Origin: Trichormus sp. ATA11-4-KO1
GTDB lineage: Bacteria; Cyanobacteriota; Cyanobacteriia; Cyanobacteriales; Nostocaceae
Length of the DNA stretch: 64,000 bases
Direction of reading: 5' to 3'
NCBI GenBank assembly: GCA_019358915.1
Contig: JAHHIM010000073.1
Location: 192,001 to 256,000 of the forward strand
A program made the position numbers and the translations under genes. This document shows positions 20,527 to 30,674 of this stretch, one piece after another. The notes under the pieces were generated by a model. The model searched no databases. It was not told where the DNA came from and saw nothing but the letters and a program-made list of their open reading frames with translations. How positions within the stretch are numbered: position 1 is the first letter of the stretch; each line of letters begins with the position of its first letter.

Positions 20527-20753
20527 GGTAAACTCCTTTGCGTTTCGCTTAATTTGCATATTGGCAGAAATTTGTCAATACCTGCCTCAGCCTTGTGAGA
20601 TAATTTTTAATCTACCCAGTATGTGTGAGCCGAACTACAAACTAACACAGCACAATTACTTAATTACCAATAAGGCATTTAAACGGCTTCCTGTAGGATA
20701 CAAAAATCAACCAGCGTCATTCCATTACTTACCCTGAGGGCAAGTTTTTTCTC

Positions 20754-20795
20754 ATGTTATCTGCGGTTTTTGCTAGTGTATGTAGCAATAACTAC
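20754..20795 (-). promoter_or_regulatory. Canonical NtcA-activated promoter
   Basis: Minus strand GTA-GTTATTGC-TAC (20795-20782), 22 nt, TAACAT (20759-20754) = GTAN8TAC-N22-TAN3T. Confidence 0.75.
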
Positions 20796-20866
20796 GATTT
20801 TGGGATATGGTTCGGCATCGGGTAACTTGTTTTGATGGCTACACGAGTGCAAAATCCTGATACTAC

Positions 20867-21472
20867 CTACTTTTGCAGCTTTGCAAAATATTTCTGGGAA
20901 TTGTCATCAATGATGCTACGAATTGTCTCTACTAGTTCAGTGTAGTTGCAGTCAGACAAAACTGGTTCTGCACCTTTTAGCTGAATAGGTTGTGCTAAAT
21001 CAATCCATGACTTACAACCACCGTATTCATAATCATAGGGAATTTCTATCTTTTGAGGTAGTTTATAAGTCCTGAGGAGAAGAATATACATTGGTTGACG
21101 TGGTTTCCACTTGAGGCGATCGCTAATAAAATGCTCGTTCCAAATATGGAAGGGAAGCAAGGCCTTAACAATCGACTCTTCACTAACTGGCAAAATATCA
21201 GTAATTTTAGCCCAACTACTAATAGGAACTTTTTCGGGATGCCAACCAGGAGTTACGGGATCGACAAGATTTGCATACTCAGTTTTGAGCATGAAGGCTT
21301 GTTGATGTTCGTAAGTGGGGTAAAGCAAAATCTGTTCATAGGCTACTTGGAAACGGCCACTTCTTTCATGAATACCACCTTTACGGAGCAACATAATTGT
21401 TTTACCGTTTTCCAAGGCATTTATGGCAACTGCCCATTCTTTGAGTGCATGTAAGGTTGTAGTCAATTCCAT
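20867..21472 (-). CDS. DUF1802 family protein
   Basis: ALKEWA...LLRKGGIHE, YGGCKSWIDL. Confidence 0.85.
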   Translation of the reverse strand: MELTTTLHALKEWAVAINALENGKTIMLLRKGGIHERSGRFQVAYEQILLYPTYEHQQAFMLKTEYANLVDPVTPGWHPEKVPISSWAKITDILPVSEESIVKALLPFHIWNEHFISDRLKWKPRQPMYILLLRTYKLPQKIEIPYDYEYGGCKSWIDLAQPIQLKGAEPVLSDCNYTELVETIRSIIDDNSQKYFAKLQK

Positions 21473-21854
21473 CAGTCTTTACTTATTTTTATTTGCAAAA
21501 ATTCGGTTTATTAAAAGAGATTATTGGTAATTAACATCACATTTGTAATTAATATTTTTTCAGACTTTAGACAGAAAATGCTCATAATTAGTAACCTGTT
21601 CTTTAGACAGATGGTCTGAAAATTTAGCAGCATTAACTTTGAGAAATAAATGCCAACATCAATACTTCTAAATATCTGCATGAATATAGTTAATTCTAGT
21701 TGAGAAGTTTGGAATATAAATGAGTTTTTACAATAATTTAAATTATTAAAATTTCACAGAATTAATGCCCTAATTTTGGCTGATGATTTTTGAATTATTT
21801 CTTGATAAACAGAGATAATATGAAGAGGAAGTCATTATTAGCCAGGATTAAAGC

Positions 21855-22814
21855 ATGGAAAAGCGACGCTTAGGTCAATCAAACGTGCAAATCACACCCA
21901 TCCTGATGGGGACTTGGCAAGCAGGTAAAGTTATGTGGACGGGAATTGAGGATGCTGACTCAATTAAAACTATCCGAGCCGCCTTTGAAGCTGGTATTAC
22001 TACAATTGATACTGCCGAAGTTTATGGTGAAGGACACTCTGAGCAGATTGTCGCTCAGGCTTTATCTGATGTCCGCGATCGCGTAGAGTATGCTTCAAAA
22101 ATTTTTGCCAACCATCTCAAGTATGATTTAGTGATTGAAGCTTGCGATCGCTCTTTGAAAAATCTCAACACCGATTACATTGACCTTTATCAAATTCATT
22201 GGCCTTCTGGGTCTTTCAATACAGAAATAGTCCCAATTGAGGAGACTATGAGCGCTTTAAATAAACTCAAAGACCAAGGAAAAATCCGGGCGATTGGCGT
22301 TTCTAATTTTTCCCGTGAACAATTAATTGAAGCGGCAAAATATGGGCGGATTGATAGCTTACAACCCCCTTATTCTTTATTTTGGCGGTATGTAGAACAG
22401 GATGCCATACCCTACTGTATCGAAAACAATATTTCTATCCTGGCTTATTCACCTTTAGCACAGGGATTGTTAACAGGGAAATTTGCTCCTGGTCATAAAT
22501 TTGACCCCAATGATAACCGTGCTAAAAATAAGCTATTTCAAGGTGAAAACTTTGAACGCGCCCTACAATCTGTAGAAAAACTACGTCCCATAGCGACTCG
22601 TCATAATTGTAGTCTGGCTCAGTTGGCTTTAGCTTGGTTAATTGCCCAACCCCAAACAAGTGCGATCGCGGGTGCGCGTTATCCTGAACAGGCAAAAGAT
22701 AACGCCCAAGCTGCTGATGTGCAGCTTTCTAGCGATGAACTGGCAGAAATTGATGCCATTGGACGCATTGTGACCGACCATCTCGATGAAAATCCAGTTA
22801 TGTGGAATTGGTAA
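21855..22814 (+). CDS. Aldo/keto reductase
   Basis: IDTAEVYG, DYIDLYQIHWP, IGVSNF, YSPLAQGLLTGK. Confidence 0.93.
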   Translation: MEKRRLGQSNVQITPILMGTWQAGKVMWTGIEDADSIKTIRAAFEAGITTIDTAEVYGEGHSEQIVAQALSDVRDRVEYASKIFANHLKYDLVIEACDRSLKNLNTDYIDLYQIHWPSGSFNTEIVPIEETMSALNKLKDQGKIRAIGVSNFSREQLIEAAKYGRIDSLQPPYSLFWRYVEQDAIPYCIENNISILAYSPLAQGLLTGKFAPGHKFDPNDNRAKNKLFQGENFERALQSVEKLRPIATRHNCSLAQLALAWLIAQPQTSAIAGARYPEQAKDNAQAADVQLSSDELAEIDAIGRIVTDHLDENPVMWNW

Positions 22815-22830
22815 CTAGGTCTGCTTCTTC

Positions 22831-22869
22831 AAGATCCCCTCAATCTTCTTTAAAAGATAGTTGGGGATC
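22831..22869. repeat. Degenerate GATCCCC...GGGGATC palindromic repeat
   Basis: Similar to the hairpin at 50413-50445. Confidence 0.45.
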
Positions 22870-23202
22870 AAATATATTCTATCTTTATTGCAAAATTAAA
22901 CAAAACATCAACTTTAGTAAACTAAGATTTGACTATCACCAAGTTAGTGATAACTTAAATAGTAGGACACCAAATAAAAAACAGCCAAACTTAATGGGTA
23001 AATGACTTTGTGTCCCCTGTCATCCGCCCAAGTAAATATCAGCATATTAATGGTAAGTGGCAAAAAACCTGATTGTACAGGTAAAGCCAAATCCCAAAGC
23101 GGAAAAACGAGGATTGCTGAGTTTGCTAGTTGTTATGTCCACCTTAGTTATTAACTGTTGAAACTAATTAACAAGTTTAAAAATTTGAAACCTGTGAACC
23201 CT

Positions 23203-23232
23203 AAAAACCTGGTCAACCCGTACCAGGTTTTT
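23203..23232. terminator. Terminator-like hairpin
   Basis: AAAAACCTGGT / ACCAGGTTTTT inverted repeat. Confidence 0.5.
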
Positions 23233-23356
23233 GAATTTTATAGTAGTTTCGCCTAAATTTCTCACGTTTGTCTAGCGTATCCGCAGAACTTATGATTGAG
23301 GGTTTCTATAGCAGCGAATAAGATAGGACAGCAGCAATCTATCCTATTGGAAGTAT

Positions 23357-24079
23357 TTGATGAAAAAAAATTATAACTTGTTGAAAAAAATCACTGTAGT
23401 CGTCTTTCTGTCTAGTTTTTCCCTGTCTTGTGACCCTAATCTTGTGAGAAAACCCGAATCAGCAGAGGCTGGAGAACAGCAACAAACAGAACCAAATATT
23501 AGCTATGGAGACTTAGTTATAAAAGAGCAATCAGATTACTTGATGATTCCAGTGAATTTCAGAGAAAAAAATCAAGCTCGAGAAGATGCTTTAAACTTTT
23601 CCCGTTCTTATAAGCAAGATTATGCATCATTGTCTAATTTAATATTTTATCGCAAGCAAGATGGGGAAACTCATCTTCTGCTTGATAACAAAGCAGTTAT
23701 AAATTCCTTTGATTTAATAGAAACAAAACTAGTAGGACAGCCACCTACAAGAGTTTGGTTTTATAAAATTATTGACCAAGATACTAACAAAGACCAACAA
23801 CTTAACCAAGAAGATACTGTGATTGGTTATATTTCTGATTTATCAGGAAAGAATCTTCAGCAAGTCACACCAAACAACACTAAAATTATCAACTGGGTGG
23901 TTGTTCCCAGTCAAAATGCAATTTTTATCAAAATTATCAAAGATTCTGATATTGATAACAAATTTACAGCAGCAGATAAGACTAATTTTATTAGAGTTAA
24001 TCTTGAGAACCCTAGTGTAGGTACAGAAATTATTAGTGATCAGATAGACCAACAAATTAAATCTTATATTCTGAAATAA
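23357..24079 (+). CDS. Hypothetical lipoprotein
   Basis: Signal peptide with SLSC lipobox; DTNKDQQLNQED EF-hand-like loop. Confidence 0.75.
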   Translation: MMKKNYNLLKKITVVVFLSSFSLSCDPNLVRKPESAEAGEQQQTEPNISYGDLVIKEQSDYLMIPVNFREKNQAREDALNFSRSYKQDYASLSNLIFYRKQDGETHLLLDNKAVINSFDLIETKLVGQPPTRVWFYKIIDQDTNKDQQLNQEDTVIGYISDLSGKNLQQVTPNNTKIINWVVVPSQNAIFIKIIKDSDIDNKFTAADKTNFIRVNLENPSVGTEIISDQIDQQIKSYILK

Positions 24080-24122
24080 GGAATTAAGTAGGGAAATTTT
24101 CCCTACTATTATTCTGGGGATA

Positions 24123-25061
24123 TTACTGCGGAATCGACAATACCCAATCATGTAAAAGTTGATTTACCTGTTCTGGTACTTCATCATGAGGACAATGACC
24201 CGCAGTCAGGAAATGTTCTGTGAGTTCAGGATAATATTGACGAAACTTCTGGGAACGTTCTCTAGCATTCATCCAAGGATCAGCTTCACCCCACAACAGC
24301 AATAAAGAACAAGTTAATTGCTTTAGTAGCACATCAACTTTCTCTCCTTGAGGAGTGCTAAAAACGGAAACAAATACATCCAACGCCCCAGAATCGTAAG
24401 CAGGGCGATAAATTTCTTCTATCAATTGGTCTGTCACCGCACTCTTATCAAGATAAACTTTTTCTAAAGTTTGGCGAATTACCCAACGTTGTCGCACATA
24501 TTGAAATAACAGAAACTGGCTTAAAGGTTGTTGAAAAATCCACTTTACAGAATCACCCAGTAGTTTTTGTAAAGCAGAAGGTTGTTTGGCGGGTTGAATT
24601 TGTGTTTGCAAAGCTTCTGGTTCAGATGTAGGCTGGATTTGACTGAAGGGGCCAGCGCTATTGAGTAACACTAAACCAGCCGCCGCATCAGGACACTGTG
24701 CTGCAACACACAAACAAGCATACCCACCCAGAGAATTACCTGCCAATACGGCTTTTTGCCCAATCACTTCACTGATAAAATCAAAGAGTTGGTCACGCCA
24801 CAAGTCACCACCATACTGCAATTTCGGTTTTGCTGAACGTCCAAATCCTAAAAGGTCGATGGCAAATACTTCAAAATCTGGGCACAGTCCTGTGATATTC
24901 TTGCGCCAGTGGTCTGTGGAAGCGCCAAAGCCATGCACCAACAGTAAAGGCGGGCGTTGTGGTTGTTTGTCCCCCGCATGGACATAGTAAATGTTGTGCC
25001 CTCGCCACTGCCAGTATTGGCCAGGAATGGGAGTTTTAGAGGGGGCTGTGGTTACCTGCAT
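24123..25061 (-). CDS. Alpha/beta fold hydrolase
   Basis: LVHGFGAS, GNSLGG nucleophile elbow, AGHCPHDE. Confidence 0.92.
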   Translation of the reverse strand: MQVTTAPSKTPIPGQYWQWRGHNIYYVHAGDKQPQRPPLLLVHGFGASTDHWRKNITGLCPDFEVFAIDLLGFGRSAKPKLQYGGDLWRDQLFDFISEVIGQKAVLAGNSLGGYACLCVAAQCPDAAAGLVLLNSAGPFSQIQPTSEPEALQTQIQPAKQPSALQKLLGDSVKWIFQQPLSQFLLFQYVRQRWVIRQTLEKVYLDKSAVTDQLIEEIYRPAYDSGALDVFVSVFSTPQGEKVDVLLKQLTCSLLLLWGEADPWMNARERSQKFRQYYPELTEHFLTAGHCPHDEVPEQVNQLLHDWVLSIPQ

Positions 25062-25131
25062 GATATAAAGAAATATTAAGTGACTTCTAATAATTGTAGC
25101 TAGCAGTCAACTGATTAGTATCTCATGACTA

Positions 25132-26013
25132 ATGACTAAACCATTAATTACAGGCAAAACTAAACTGTTGGGAGTAATTGGACATCCGGTAGAACATTCG
25201 CTATCGCCAGTGATGCACAATGCCGCACTTGCCCAATTGGGATTAGATTATATTTATCTGCCCTTTCCTATCGAACCAGAGAATTTAGCAGTTGCGATCG
25301 CCGGTTTTGCCGTTATGGGAGTTGTCGGCTTTAGTGTGACAATTCCTCATAAACAGGCAATTATGCCATTGTTAAGCGAAATTACCCCCATTGCCCAAGC
25401 TATAGGGGCAGTAAATACTGTCAGTCGCCAAAATAATCAATGGGTGGGGACAAACACAGATATAGAAGGATTTATCGCCCCATTACAAACAACATATCAG
25501 CAGAATTGGAGTCAGCAGATAGCGGTAATTTTAGGTAATGGCGGCGCAGCCAGGGCAGTTGTTGCAGGTTGTCACCAGCTTGGTTTTGCCCAAATTCATG
25601 TTGTGGGGCGCAATATGCAAAAATTACAAGCATTTCGTCATAGTTGGGGCAATTCACAGCTAGCTGAGAGTTTACAAGTTCATACATGGGATGAACTAGC
25701 TAAACTCATTCCCCAGGTAAATTTGCTAGTAAATACAACCCCTGTAGGCATGTATCCTCAAGTTGAGGAATCACCTTTGAGTGTAGAAGAGATGCAGAAA
25801 TTATCCCCAGGTGCGATCGCCTACGATTTGATATATACTCCTAACCCTACACAATTTCTCCAACAGGCAGCAAAACAAGGTGCAATTGCTATTGATGGAT
25901 TAGAAATGTTAGTTCAACAAGGGGTAGCAGCACTAAAAATCTGGTTGCAACGCGAGAGTGTACCTGTAGATGTGATGCGCCTCGCACTACGAAAGCAGCT
26001 TAATTTAGATTAA
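25132..26013 (+). CDS. aroE: Shikimate dehydrogenase
   Basis: HSLSPVMHN, VTIPHK, GAVNT, NTD, GNGGAARA. Confidence 0.95.
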   Translation: MTKPLITGKTKLLGVIGHPVEHSLSPVMHNAALAQLGLDYIYLPFPIEPENLAVAIAGFAVMGVVGFSVTIPHKQAIMPLLSEITPIAQAIGAVNTVSRQNNQWVGTNTDIEGFIAPLQTTYQQNWSQQIAVILGNGGAARAVVAGCHQLGFAQIHVVGRNMQKLQAFRHSWGNSQLAESLQVHTWDELAKLIPQVNLLVNTTPVGMYPQVEESPLSVEEMQKLSPGAIAYDLIYTPNPTQFLQQAAKQGAIAIDGLEMLVQQGVAALKIWLQRESVPVDVMRLALRKQLNLD

Positions 26014-26051
26014 AATTATATCTTGCACTGGGATTTAAATAGAGGTAAATA

Positions 26052-27965
26052 TCAATAATCACTAAATTGCAATACTTCTTCTATGGAAATATTCCGTCGT
26101 TTATTTAATTCCAGACATCGCTTTTTTTCAGATGTAAAAGTCTCACAATGTAATTGAGAACCAGTTTTTTCCCATAGTTCCTTAAAGTGACGAGAGCGTT
26201 TTTCACGCATCACTAGTTCCATACAATTTATCGCGGCTTGAACGACTTGGGGTGTCCGTAGTATATCTTTCTTACTTTTTTCGTTTAGATAAAATAAATG
26301 GGAAATTGATTCTATTTCTTCCGATAATTCTAAGTATCTATCTTGCAAACTTGATATGAACTCTACCTGCTCCCCCGTTGATTCTAAAATCTTCTGCCAC
26401 AATAATCGATGATGAGAAAGACTAAATTCCAAATCTCGTTCTTCTAAGGTGTCAAAAATAACTTGACGCTGTTGGGGACAATGCAGGTAAATCTTTAGTA
26501 GTAAAGCCTCTGCTAATTCTAAAAGACTGTGATCTGTAGAGAGTGACGCATGGGAAGGCTTTTCAGCACCTCCCCATGCTTTCTTAGCTGAGACAGGCTT
26601 AGAGTATGTAGCCGGAGTAGGGGCTATTTGAGTTAATAGATTTTCTACTCGTAGAGGTATCAGTCTCGTATCCCCTAAGCTGAGAATTTCGGCACAGTGA
26701 GAAACGTAATAATTTCGTGTATCACTATTAGCTATATTTTTCAGTAATTTTACTATTTGTTGTGTAACTTGCTGAAAATCGGTAGCTTGTTTTAAATCCC
26801 TGCCTACAATAATTTGCTGAATCTGCCAGTCAAGCCACAGTGGGGCATTTGCTAACAGTTGTTCATAATCTTCTGGTGTATGGGTATACAAGTATTCATC
26901 AGCATCTTTACCATCGGGTATGTTAAGAATCTTCAGTTGAACTTCACCTTTGTATGCTAGTTCGGCAATTTCCCCAATGGCTCGTTCGGCGGCGATATTA
27001 CCAGCTTTATCGGCATCAAAGTTGAGGACTAACTGTTTAGATTCGGTGTAGCGTAAGATTAACCTGACTTGTTCAATGCTTAAAGCCGTTCCTAGGGAGG
27101 CGACAGCATTAGTAATACCCGCAGCATGGAGCGCGATCGCATCAAAATATCCTTCTACGATTACGGCCCCGTCAAGTTGGGAAATTCCACCTTTGGCTTG
27201 ATCCAGGGCAAATAATGTTTTACCTTTACTAAAAAGCTCTGTTTCTGGTGAATTTAAATATTTTGGTTGCTCATCAGAGAGGGTTCTCCCACCAAAAGCG
27301 ATGACTCGTCCTTGGATGTCGCGGATGGGAATCATCAGGCGATCGCGGAATACATCATAATAACCACTTGCTTCTTTCCGTGGCTTAATCAATCCGGCTT
27401 TTTCTACTAGTTGCACTGGGTAATGTTTATCTTCCACCAAATAGCGATGCAGGGTTTCCCAACCTGCGGGTGCATAACCTAAACCAAACTGCTGAATTGT
27501 TTCTTCCTGCAATTGGCGATCGGATTGCAGATATTCATAGGCTTTTTTTCCTTGGCTTTGTCTAAGGGCGTGTTGATAAAACTGTCCGGCGGAAGCCAGA
27601 ACTTCATATAATTGTTCACGTAAAGAAATTTGACGCTGTAATTCTTGGCGTTGTTCTGGTGCGAGAGTTTGCACAGGTACTTGGTAACGGCGTGCTAAAT
27701 CTAACACCACTTCTGCAAACGAGTGTTTTCCCAAGTCCATCAAGAACTTAATGGCATTTCCCCCAGCTTGACAGCCGAAGCAATAGTACATTTGCTTGGT
27801 TTGACTGACTGTGAAACTGGGACTTTTCTCATCATGGAAGGGACACAAACCGACAAAATCTTTACCACGCTTGCGTAAAACTACGTGTTCTGAAACGACA
27901 TCAACAATATCAGCACGTTGTTTAATTTCCTCAATTGTGTCAGGGTGCAAGCGGGGAATTTGCAT
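26052..27965 (-). CDS. dnaG: DNA primase
   Basis: CPFHDEKSPSF..CFGC zinc finger, KYLNSPET, VEGYFD, DAD Toprim motif. Confidence 0.97.
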   Translation of the reverse strand: MQIPRLHPDTIEEIKQRADIVDVVSEHVVLRKRGKDFVGLCPFHDEKSPSFTVSQTKQMYYCFGCQAGGNAIKFLMDLGKHSFAEVVLDLARRYQVPVQTLAPEQRQELQRQISLREQLYEVLASAGQFYQHALRQSQGKKAYEYLQSDRQLQEETIQQFGLGYAPAGWETLHRYLVEDKHYPVQLVEKAGLIKPRKEASGYYDVFRDRLMIPIRDIQGRVIAFGGRTLSDEQPKYLNSPETELFSKGKTLFALDQAKGGISQLDGAVIVEGYFDAIALHAAGITNAVASLGTALSIEQVRLILRYTESKQLVLNFDADKAGNIAAERAIGEIAELAYKGEVQLKILNIPDGKDADEYLYTHTPEDYEQLLANAPLWLDWQIQQIIVGRDLKQATDFQQVTQQIVKLLKNIANSDTRNYYVSHCAEILSLGDTRLIPLRVENLLTQIAPTPATYSKPVSAKKAWGGAEKPSHASLSTDHSLLELAEALLLKIYLHCPQQRQVIFDTLEERDLEFSLSHHRLLWQKILESTGEQVEFISSLQDRYLELSEEIESISHLFYLNEKSKKDILRTPQVVQAAINCMELVMREKRSRHFKELWEKTGSQLHCETFTSEKKRCLELNKRRNISIEEVLQFSDY

Positions 27966-28095
27966 TCTTGTTTTTTTGCTTCGTAACTATAACTGCTGTG
28001 AGCTAACCATCTGATAGATATTATATTCTTGTTGCCAAGCCAACAATTATGTATAAAATTGCTTACGCTTAATTTTCTTAGAGGAAATACTGACG

Positions 28096-29448
28096 ATGGG
28101 ACGTATTTTTATTTCGGCAGCTCACGGAGGTAAAGAAGCAGGAGGAATCGATCCAGGCTCGATCGCAGGTGGTACAACCGAAGCTAGAGAAATGATTCTG
28201 CTGCGGGATTTGATTGTAACAGAATTACGGGCGCGGAGTTTTGATGTTTTGGCAGTTCCCGATGACCTCAGCGCCACAGAAACTATTGCTTGGATCAATT
28301 CTCGTGGTCGTCGGGTAGATGTCGCCCTAGAAATTCATACTAATGCTGCTAGCAGTCCGACTGTCAGAGGTGCGAGTGTCTACTACATTGCCAACAACCA
28401 AGAGCGTAAAAGTAATGGTGAATTGTTATTGATGGGGCTTTTGCGCCGTGTAACTCAGTTACCAAATCGGGGAGTTAAGCCAGATACAGATAGCGGGTTG
28501 GGAAGTTTGGCATTTTGTCGCCAAATCATCATTCCTTCTTTATTAATGCAAGTAGGCTTTCTTAGCAATCCAGAAGATCGGTCTTTGCTGCAAAATCGTC
28601 GTCGTGATTTCGCTTTGGGAATTGCCGATGGTTTGGCATCTTGGAGTCGGGTAATTGACCCTAATTCTGTAACTCCTATTGAACCAACTTATCCAGCAAT
28701 TAATATTAATATTAATGGGCAAAAATACGCTGAACAAGGAATATTAGTTAATGGTAATTCTTACATTCCTATTGATTTAGTAGACCAGCTACGGATTGAT
28801 TTATCAAAATCAGCAAATATCAACCGGATTAGTTATCGGAGAATAGTTTATATCAAAGCAGTTGATTTGCGAGATTTTAACGTAGCTATCAGTTGGGATG
28901 CGGCAACTCGTACTATTAATTTACGTTCAAATTTATTAGTTTGCGTTGACCAACTTGACCGCATTATGTCACGTGGCAATACATCAGAAGTAGAGTTGCA
29001 ATTATTCCTGAGAAACAACAATGAAAATGCTTTGGTTAATTTTCCTGATATACCCAAATTGTATAGAGAAGAAGGTAACGCGGAAGGCGTAAATTATGAT
29101 ATTGCTTTCTGTCAAATGTGTTTAGAAACTGGGTTTTTACGTTTTGGCGGTGATGTCAGACCTGAGCAAAATAACTTTGCTGGTTTGGGTTCTATTGGTG
29201 GTGGTGTAGAAGCTGCGTCTTTTCCTAGTGCGAGAATTGGTGTTAGAGCGCATATCCAACACTTAAAAGCCTACGCTAGTTTAGAACCTTTAGTAAATGA
29301 AGTTGTAGACCCCCGGTTTCGCTTTGTTACCCGTGGTGTAGCGTCATCAATCTATCAGCTTTCAGGACGCTGGTCAGCAGATTTAGACTATGGTGTCAAG
29401 ATTTTAGCATTGATGAAACGACTGTATGAATCAGCAAGACTTTTGTAA
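28096..29448 (+). CDS. Amidase_3 + glucosaminidase-like cell-wall protein (TftA-like)
   Basis: ISAAHGG, EIHTN amidase motifs; C-terminal QMCLETG..NNFAGLG; resembles hormogonium tapered-terminus protein TftA from memory. Confidence 0.8.
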   Translation: MGRIFISAAHGGKEAGGIDPGSIAGGTTEAREMILLRDLIVTELRARSFDVLAVPDDLSATETIAWINSRGRRVDVALEIHTNAASSPTVRGASVYYIANNQERKSNGELLLMGLLRRVTQLPNRGVKPDTDSGLGSLAFCRQIIIPSLLMQVGFLSNPEDRSLLQNRRRDFALGIADGLASWSRVIDPNSVTPIEPTYPAINININGQKYAEQGILVNGNSYIPIDLVDQLRIDLSKSANINRISYRRIVYIKAVDLRDFNVAISWDAATRTINLRSNLLVCVDQLDRIMSRGNTSEVELQLFLRNNNENALVNFPDIPKLYREEGNAEGVNYDIAFCQMCLETGFLRFGGDVRPEQNNFAGLGSIGGGVEAASFPSARIGVRAHIQHLKAYASLEPLVNEVVDPRFRFVTRGVASSIYQLSGRWSADLDYGVKILALMKRLYESARLL

Positions 29449-29475
29449 TTCGTAATTAAGAGTTTTTTGAATCTG

Positions 29476-29980
29476 CTAAGTTAATGTGACTGAAGACCTG
29501 TTTAAATGTTGAATAATCCAATCTCTGACTACATGGTAAACTTCATCGGCTACTTCATCTAGTTGATGATTAGCTTGAGGATATAGAATTATATGCTAAT
29601 GAGTGACCAACTAAGGCTAAATATTTGATACCTTCATCTTGCAAATAAGTAATACCTATCAGTACATCTAGGACAGATTTTACCAATTCAGTTGGGTAAC
29701 GGTAGCGTATTCTTAAAGAAGCGATCGCCTCACTTGTGAGATCCTCACACAATCGGGGATAAAGTCCGTGTGCAGGTGTATCCCAGCCACCACCAACACC
29801 ACCTACCCAAATCACCGCTTTTTCGGCATTTTTTACAGGATAGTAGCGACAACGAATTGAACCCTGAGGTGTTACCAATTTGACAGGATAATATTCCTCT
29901 TGCTGTGGTTCGACTACAACGTCCTGGAGTCTCATCTCGAATGATTCATCATAGATAGGCTGCACAACAAACTCCACCAT
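29476..29980 (-). pseudogene. Alpha/beta hydrolase pseudogene (internal deletion with frameshift)
   Basis: Frame ends just after LVGHS; another frame continues IILYPQANHQLDEVADEVYHVVRDWII to a stop at 29476. Confidence 0.75.
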
Positions 29981-30110
29981 CGAACTCCTAAGAAATAGTG
30001 CTGAGTGCTGAGTGCGCTAGCCCTGAGCGAAGTCGAAGGGGAGTGCTGAGTGAGGAATAAAAAGTATGGAGGATTATGTTTCTTTGGCTCTTCCCGCAAC
30101 TTCGCCTCCG

Positions 30111-30518
30111 TTATAAAATCAAATAGCTACGCCAAGCAAGTTGAGAATCTTGACTACCCTTTTGCGGCAGTAGCAAGCGCCAGGTTTTACCTTCTTGTTG
30201 AATTTGTAGGTAAACTTCAAAAGGTTGTTGCAGTTGTGTCAACTGTCTTTTTGGTAACTTAAAAATTAAATCGTAGGTTCCTCGGATGCGGAAAGCTGGC
30301 AGATTTTGAATCGTCAGAGGTTCTTCCCGACTAATTCTTAAGCGTTTGATTTCAAATCCTTGGAAATCTATATCTAGTTGTTGGTTGAGTTGCTGTTGAG
30401 TTTGCTTTACCTGAAGTGCGATCGCTTTTTGAACTAACTCAGTAGTTGGTAGCAGTCCAATAGTACCACAAGCCGTTAACAGCACCAGCAAAATCACAGT
30501 TACAACAAGCCGCACCAT
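30111..30518 (-). CDS. Hypothetical lipoprotein
   Basis: LLTAC lipobox. Confidence 0.8.
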   Translation of the reverse strand: MVRLVVTVILLVLLTACGTIGLLPTTELVQKAIALQVKQTQQQLNQQLDIDFQGFEIKRLRISREEPLTIQNLPAFRIRGTYDLIFKLPKRQLTQLQQPFEVYLQIQQEGKTWRLLLPQKGSQDSQLAWRSYLIL

Positions 30519-30674
30519 GTTAAATTTGATATATCATCCGCCAGCGATAGTATACAGTAAATTTCAGGTTTTATGATAAACTTTTTACCTGCTAAATTTG
30601 CCACAGCAAATTAAATGTAGTAATACTCTGCGTACCTTTGCGTTTCCCCCTGCGCTCCTCTGTGTTGAAAAATA

